Part shown: positions 60,379 to 64,000 of the stretch, piece after piece
Layout: each line of letters begins with the position of its first letter
Position numbering within the stretch: the stretch's first letter is position 1
DNA from: Asterias amurensis
Taxonomy: Eukaryota
DNA length: 64,000 bases
Reading direction: 5' to 3'
Assembly: GCF_032118995.1 (NCBI RefSeq)
Contig: NC_092661.1
Span: forward strand, 18,237,185 to 18,301,184
Position numbers and translations under genes: made by a program
The notes under the pieces: model-generated
Told to the model about the DNA's origin: nothing
What the model saw: only the letters and a program-made list of their open reading frames with translations
Database searches by the model: none

Positions 60379-63343
60379 AGATTGCCCAGTATAGTTAGAG
60401 GCAGCGCGAATCCTATATGTTGTTCTTGTTGAAACTATCACTTTAATCGTTAAGAAATACTTTAAAATGCAAACATACATTTTCTGAAAATACAGTATTC
60501 CAAGTTTTCAAAATATTTGTTTCATACCTTTTCAATTTTTTTTGATGGAAAACAAGTACACATGGTTAACATTTTGTAAAACTTACCCAAAATTGACTCA
60601 TGTTTTGATTTTTGAATTGTGATACATTTTACAGTCCTAAATAATAAAACATGCCAGGGTGTTCAAGGCCTAAACCATGGTTAGTGTGACCATGATCTAC
60701 ATTCTGTTCATTAGAGACCAAGCCCAGACTATCTTACAAATATCTGGCTCCAGACTATTGATTTTAAAACCCAGACTTTAATCAAACATTCTCTTATTAA
60801 TGAGTGGTTCCTTTAAAATCATACATTTCATTTTTGATTACAAAATTATTTTCTGGTGGGGCTGGGGGCATATGAAAGTGGAGTTTTGAGAAAGAGGTTA
60901 GGAAAAGGGGACTATGGCTTGAGTATTTTGGGGGACAACTTCAATCTTCAGGAGTGGCTTCACTTTTGTTCCTCACAGACACAGTTTAGAAATTATAATG
61001 TATGGTACTTTTGGGGTATTATGAAAAACCGATGATCAAAACAAAGGGCAGGATCCACTGTGCTGCAGATGAACATGTAGACTTGAACTTTACATTGTTC
61101 CCATGATAACATTGTCCAAGAATCGTTTATGTTATTTTATATGTCAAAAAAGTTCAGAAGAGTTATTACAAAATGAAGAATTCAAAACTACCAACGGATT
61201 CAAAACATGAAAACTTTCACCAACATCACAGATGACGAACTAATGCAAACTGTCACTTTAAAAAAATTTCAGCACAATGAAAAACAATCCAGACATGTTC
61301 AGAATGAACACAAACATGGACCGTCCTCTCTCTTTAACAATTGAGGAATGGTGATAAGCAGTGTGTTATGATGTTTATTTGGTGTAACAACTAATTTATT
61401 CTACTTTTTCCAATTAAGTTGCATCACCTTCAGGAAGATTGCCCAGTGATGCAGAGACAGTGCCCAAGGGTAACACTCTTTTTTTTAGCACTCCTGCCTT
61501 GTAGCTATAATAAGTGGCTGTCCTTGATGGGGGGAGGGGGACTTGAGCTATCTGTGGTGGAATATTGTGGGAGCTTGCCTATCTCAAAATCACAATACAT
61601 ACTTGTTTTCCTATTCAATAATTGCTGAAGTATCAGTTACAGATTTAGTGTTAAAGCTTTGCACTGTATTCCACACCCACATTGTAGAACTCCTATATAT
61701 TTGGCTTCAATGACATAGAACCGAAAACAGTTTTACTTGACATACACCTTACCCAATATACAAAAATACTTTTGATATATTTTAACAATTATTCTAACCA
61801 CATTAATTAAAAACCGGAAATGATCAATAACAGCAAAATGCTTTCATTTTAAAATAGACAGTTTGAAGTAGGACTTTGATAAATATTGTGGCCGGTAACG
61901 AGCTACCCACACAGACTCGTGATAATCGGTGCTGAAACCTATCACTGCTGTAATATTTCATCCCTGCTGTGGATCATTAAGGAGTTAATGAGCTGATGAT
62001 AGTTGTTATGACATACAGAACGGCACCACTTCTTCCAAAATGCGCAGGCACAAAGTTTATTAGAAACTATCAGAGGTCAATGACACAGGAGGATGATTGG
62101 GGGTGGAGTTTGGGGTTAGGGTTGGGGGGGGGGGTTGTATGGCCCCCAGGTGGATAGGGCTGATCTAACCACAGATCCTCTGTTTTTAAACAAAATATTA
62201 CCACGTGGGGTGGGGTATGGTATGAATTTCAATATCCAAATCTGCAAGTTAAGGGAAATGACATTATTTGGGGAAGTGTAAATAAACTTCAATCTACAAG
62301 TTTTCACACTTTTTGTTATGGGGTTGTTATTTTCAACAATAAATAACAACAAATAACGACAGTGTCTATAATGGCAAAATCTCACAGATTGTGCAGTTGT
62401 AGCATAAACCATAGAGCATGTCCTTGCTCTATGCATAAACTAACTGGTTGTGAATTTGATCCAGTAATCATACATGATTTGTCATATATGACCAACTAAA
62501 AAGAAGCAAATCGTGTTTCAAGAACATAAAGCCACATGGTCAAAACATTAAACCTACTTTAAATCATGAAAACCAAAGGGAGGGGAACTCACATTCTATC
62601 TGTGTATTTTGATAACTCTGCCCTATATAACGGCAGGTATGATCCAGAGTCCCAAATAAACAAAACACGTACTCTGAAGCTGGCACTATCCAGGGTATTC
62701 TTAAGGGGACTTCCCCCATTAATGAATTGATGGATGATCTAAAAAACGATTCAAACTTTTATTTTTCTGCAAATAAGGAAGAAGAAATTAATTTGAGACT
62801 TCTGATATGTTTTTATTTGGTTGATCTTTGAAGCAGGATTTGTTTGATTTTGATGGAATGATTCCAGTGACTAATATGACATGTTTTTCAGTTGATTTTT
62901 TTTTCATTTATGGACGATGACATTTACGATTCATAAAAAAAACTGCTGGTTTGATTTTCTCCAAGTTAATTACAGTTCTCAAAAGGAAAATTCAAAGCTT
63001 AGAAATGAAGTTAATTTCACAAACATCACGATACTTTATCCTCACACTTAAGGATACTGATTAAGTTTGAAAGACAAAACACTAACAACATTATCCTAAG
63101 GACCATCACTCATGAAAAAGGGTCCAAAGAATTAACTTAATACTGTCATCTCAAATGTATGTTGTACGGAGCAAGAACATTTCACTGATTTACAAAATTT
63201 CCCCTAAATGTTGCTATCATTCATTGACATTTGTGGTAAATTTAAAGTAAATTTTTTTCAGATAATAAACCACAAGGGAAAACTGACCCGGTAGATATTA
63301 ATTTAACTTTGAGTTGAACAAAAGCAAATTGACAAGAGCGGGA

Positions 63344-63540
63344 TTTGAACCTATGACCTCACATTAATGTGTCGGCGCTCTTCAAACTGAGCTATCTTTC
63401 CCTATGTTAGCAGTCTCCCTATTTTTCAATATCTTTATACAGTGCCAGTCCGAAGACATTCAACCTGTAACTGCGATAGAGCCAGGGATCACACCCAAGT
63501 ATACTTTACAACCAAGGACTTCGCAGCAGAGGGATCATCT
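63344..63540 (-). repeat. Family T copy: tRNA-like unit plus ~150 bp of shared body.
   Basis: Reverse complement atagctcagtttgaagagcgccgacacattaatgtgaggtcataggttcaaatcccgctctt. The body shares agtgccagtc and gggatcacacccaagtata with the copy at 40693. Confidence 0.6.
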
Positions 63541-64000
63541 TCAGGGGATGTGCCTTTTTATTTCAACTATCAAACTTGTGATAATCCATGGGAAACTAAC
63601 TGTGGGTTTTCTTTCATGAGATTTGATTCGCTTGTATTGAACAGAAGTTGTATACAAATACTCTTCCCATATGGGATTCTCATGCCAATGTTCTTCCTTT
63701 TCAAAGTACTGCAAACCGCCACTAATGTAATAACACCTGTTTGTATTACAAGTGTCATAGCCACAGTCAATACGCGGGGGTCTCTTGAAATCAACCCTAT
63801 CCAAATGAGACTCAACCCCCAAGAAATGAAAACACACTTATTTGCCAGTGGGATGACAACCTGTATAGATGTCATATTCTGATTGGTACAGCTGGATGTA
63901 CTTTAAGAAATGCCACAGGTTTGTCATTGTTGCCTGAGTCAAGATGCACTAAATCTGTTGAGGGTATAGTAATGATTTTGAAATTAAAATAAATAAATAA

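Noticed and set aside
63442-63882. 146-aa plus-strand ORF and overlapping antisense ORFs
   Set aside because: It overlaps the family-T repeat body and has no homology. Overlapping ORFs on both strands in a repeat are typical noise.

Overview
This is an AT-rich, intron-rich eukaryotic (metazoan, probably invertebrate) genomic segment. There are no long ORFs, canonical GT-AG splice signals are visible, and small non-autonomous DNA transposons are very dense. I found no prokaryotic-style operon, CRISPR array or rRNA. The one protein-coding gene I can support is on the minus strand: three consecutive exons with clean acceptor/donor sites encoding the PET domain and first LIM domain of a Prickle/Testin-family (PET-LIM) protein (32866..32686, 32040..31804, 30191..29973). 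Its N-terminal exons and its LIM2/LIM3 exons were not located in the window. Most of the remaining recognisable structure is repeats. I count at least 7 families and about 30 copies of MITE-like TIR or palindromic elements, recognised by their terminal inverted repeats; these copy counts come from by-eye matching, not a full alignment. Families A, B, C, D and E are 250-400 bp. F/H is a two-part hairpin plus GC-rich TIR module, and G is a 1.7-kb hAT-like element (TIR starts CAGGG, subterminal GGACCAG repeats). There is also a tRNA-Lys-like pseudo-tRNA/SINE-like family (T) with conserved flanks. Other features are long perfect hairpins, several G/C homopolymer runs of 10-15 nt, microsatellites and a 58-bp tandem duplication. 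Two MITE families (A and C) share an internal module but have different termini, which suggests modular MITE evolution. The intron between the PET and LIM1 exons has taken up a C-family MITE plus an adjacent partial copy. A GC-rich F/H module with E-box, CRE and CCAAT motifs sits within 300 bp of the first PET exon. I see no evidence for a novel multi-gene 'system' here. The interesting material is a mobile-element landscape inside and around a planar-cell-polarity-type gene.
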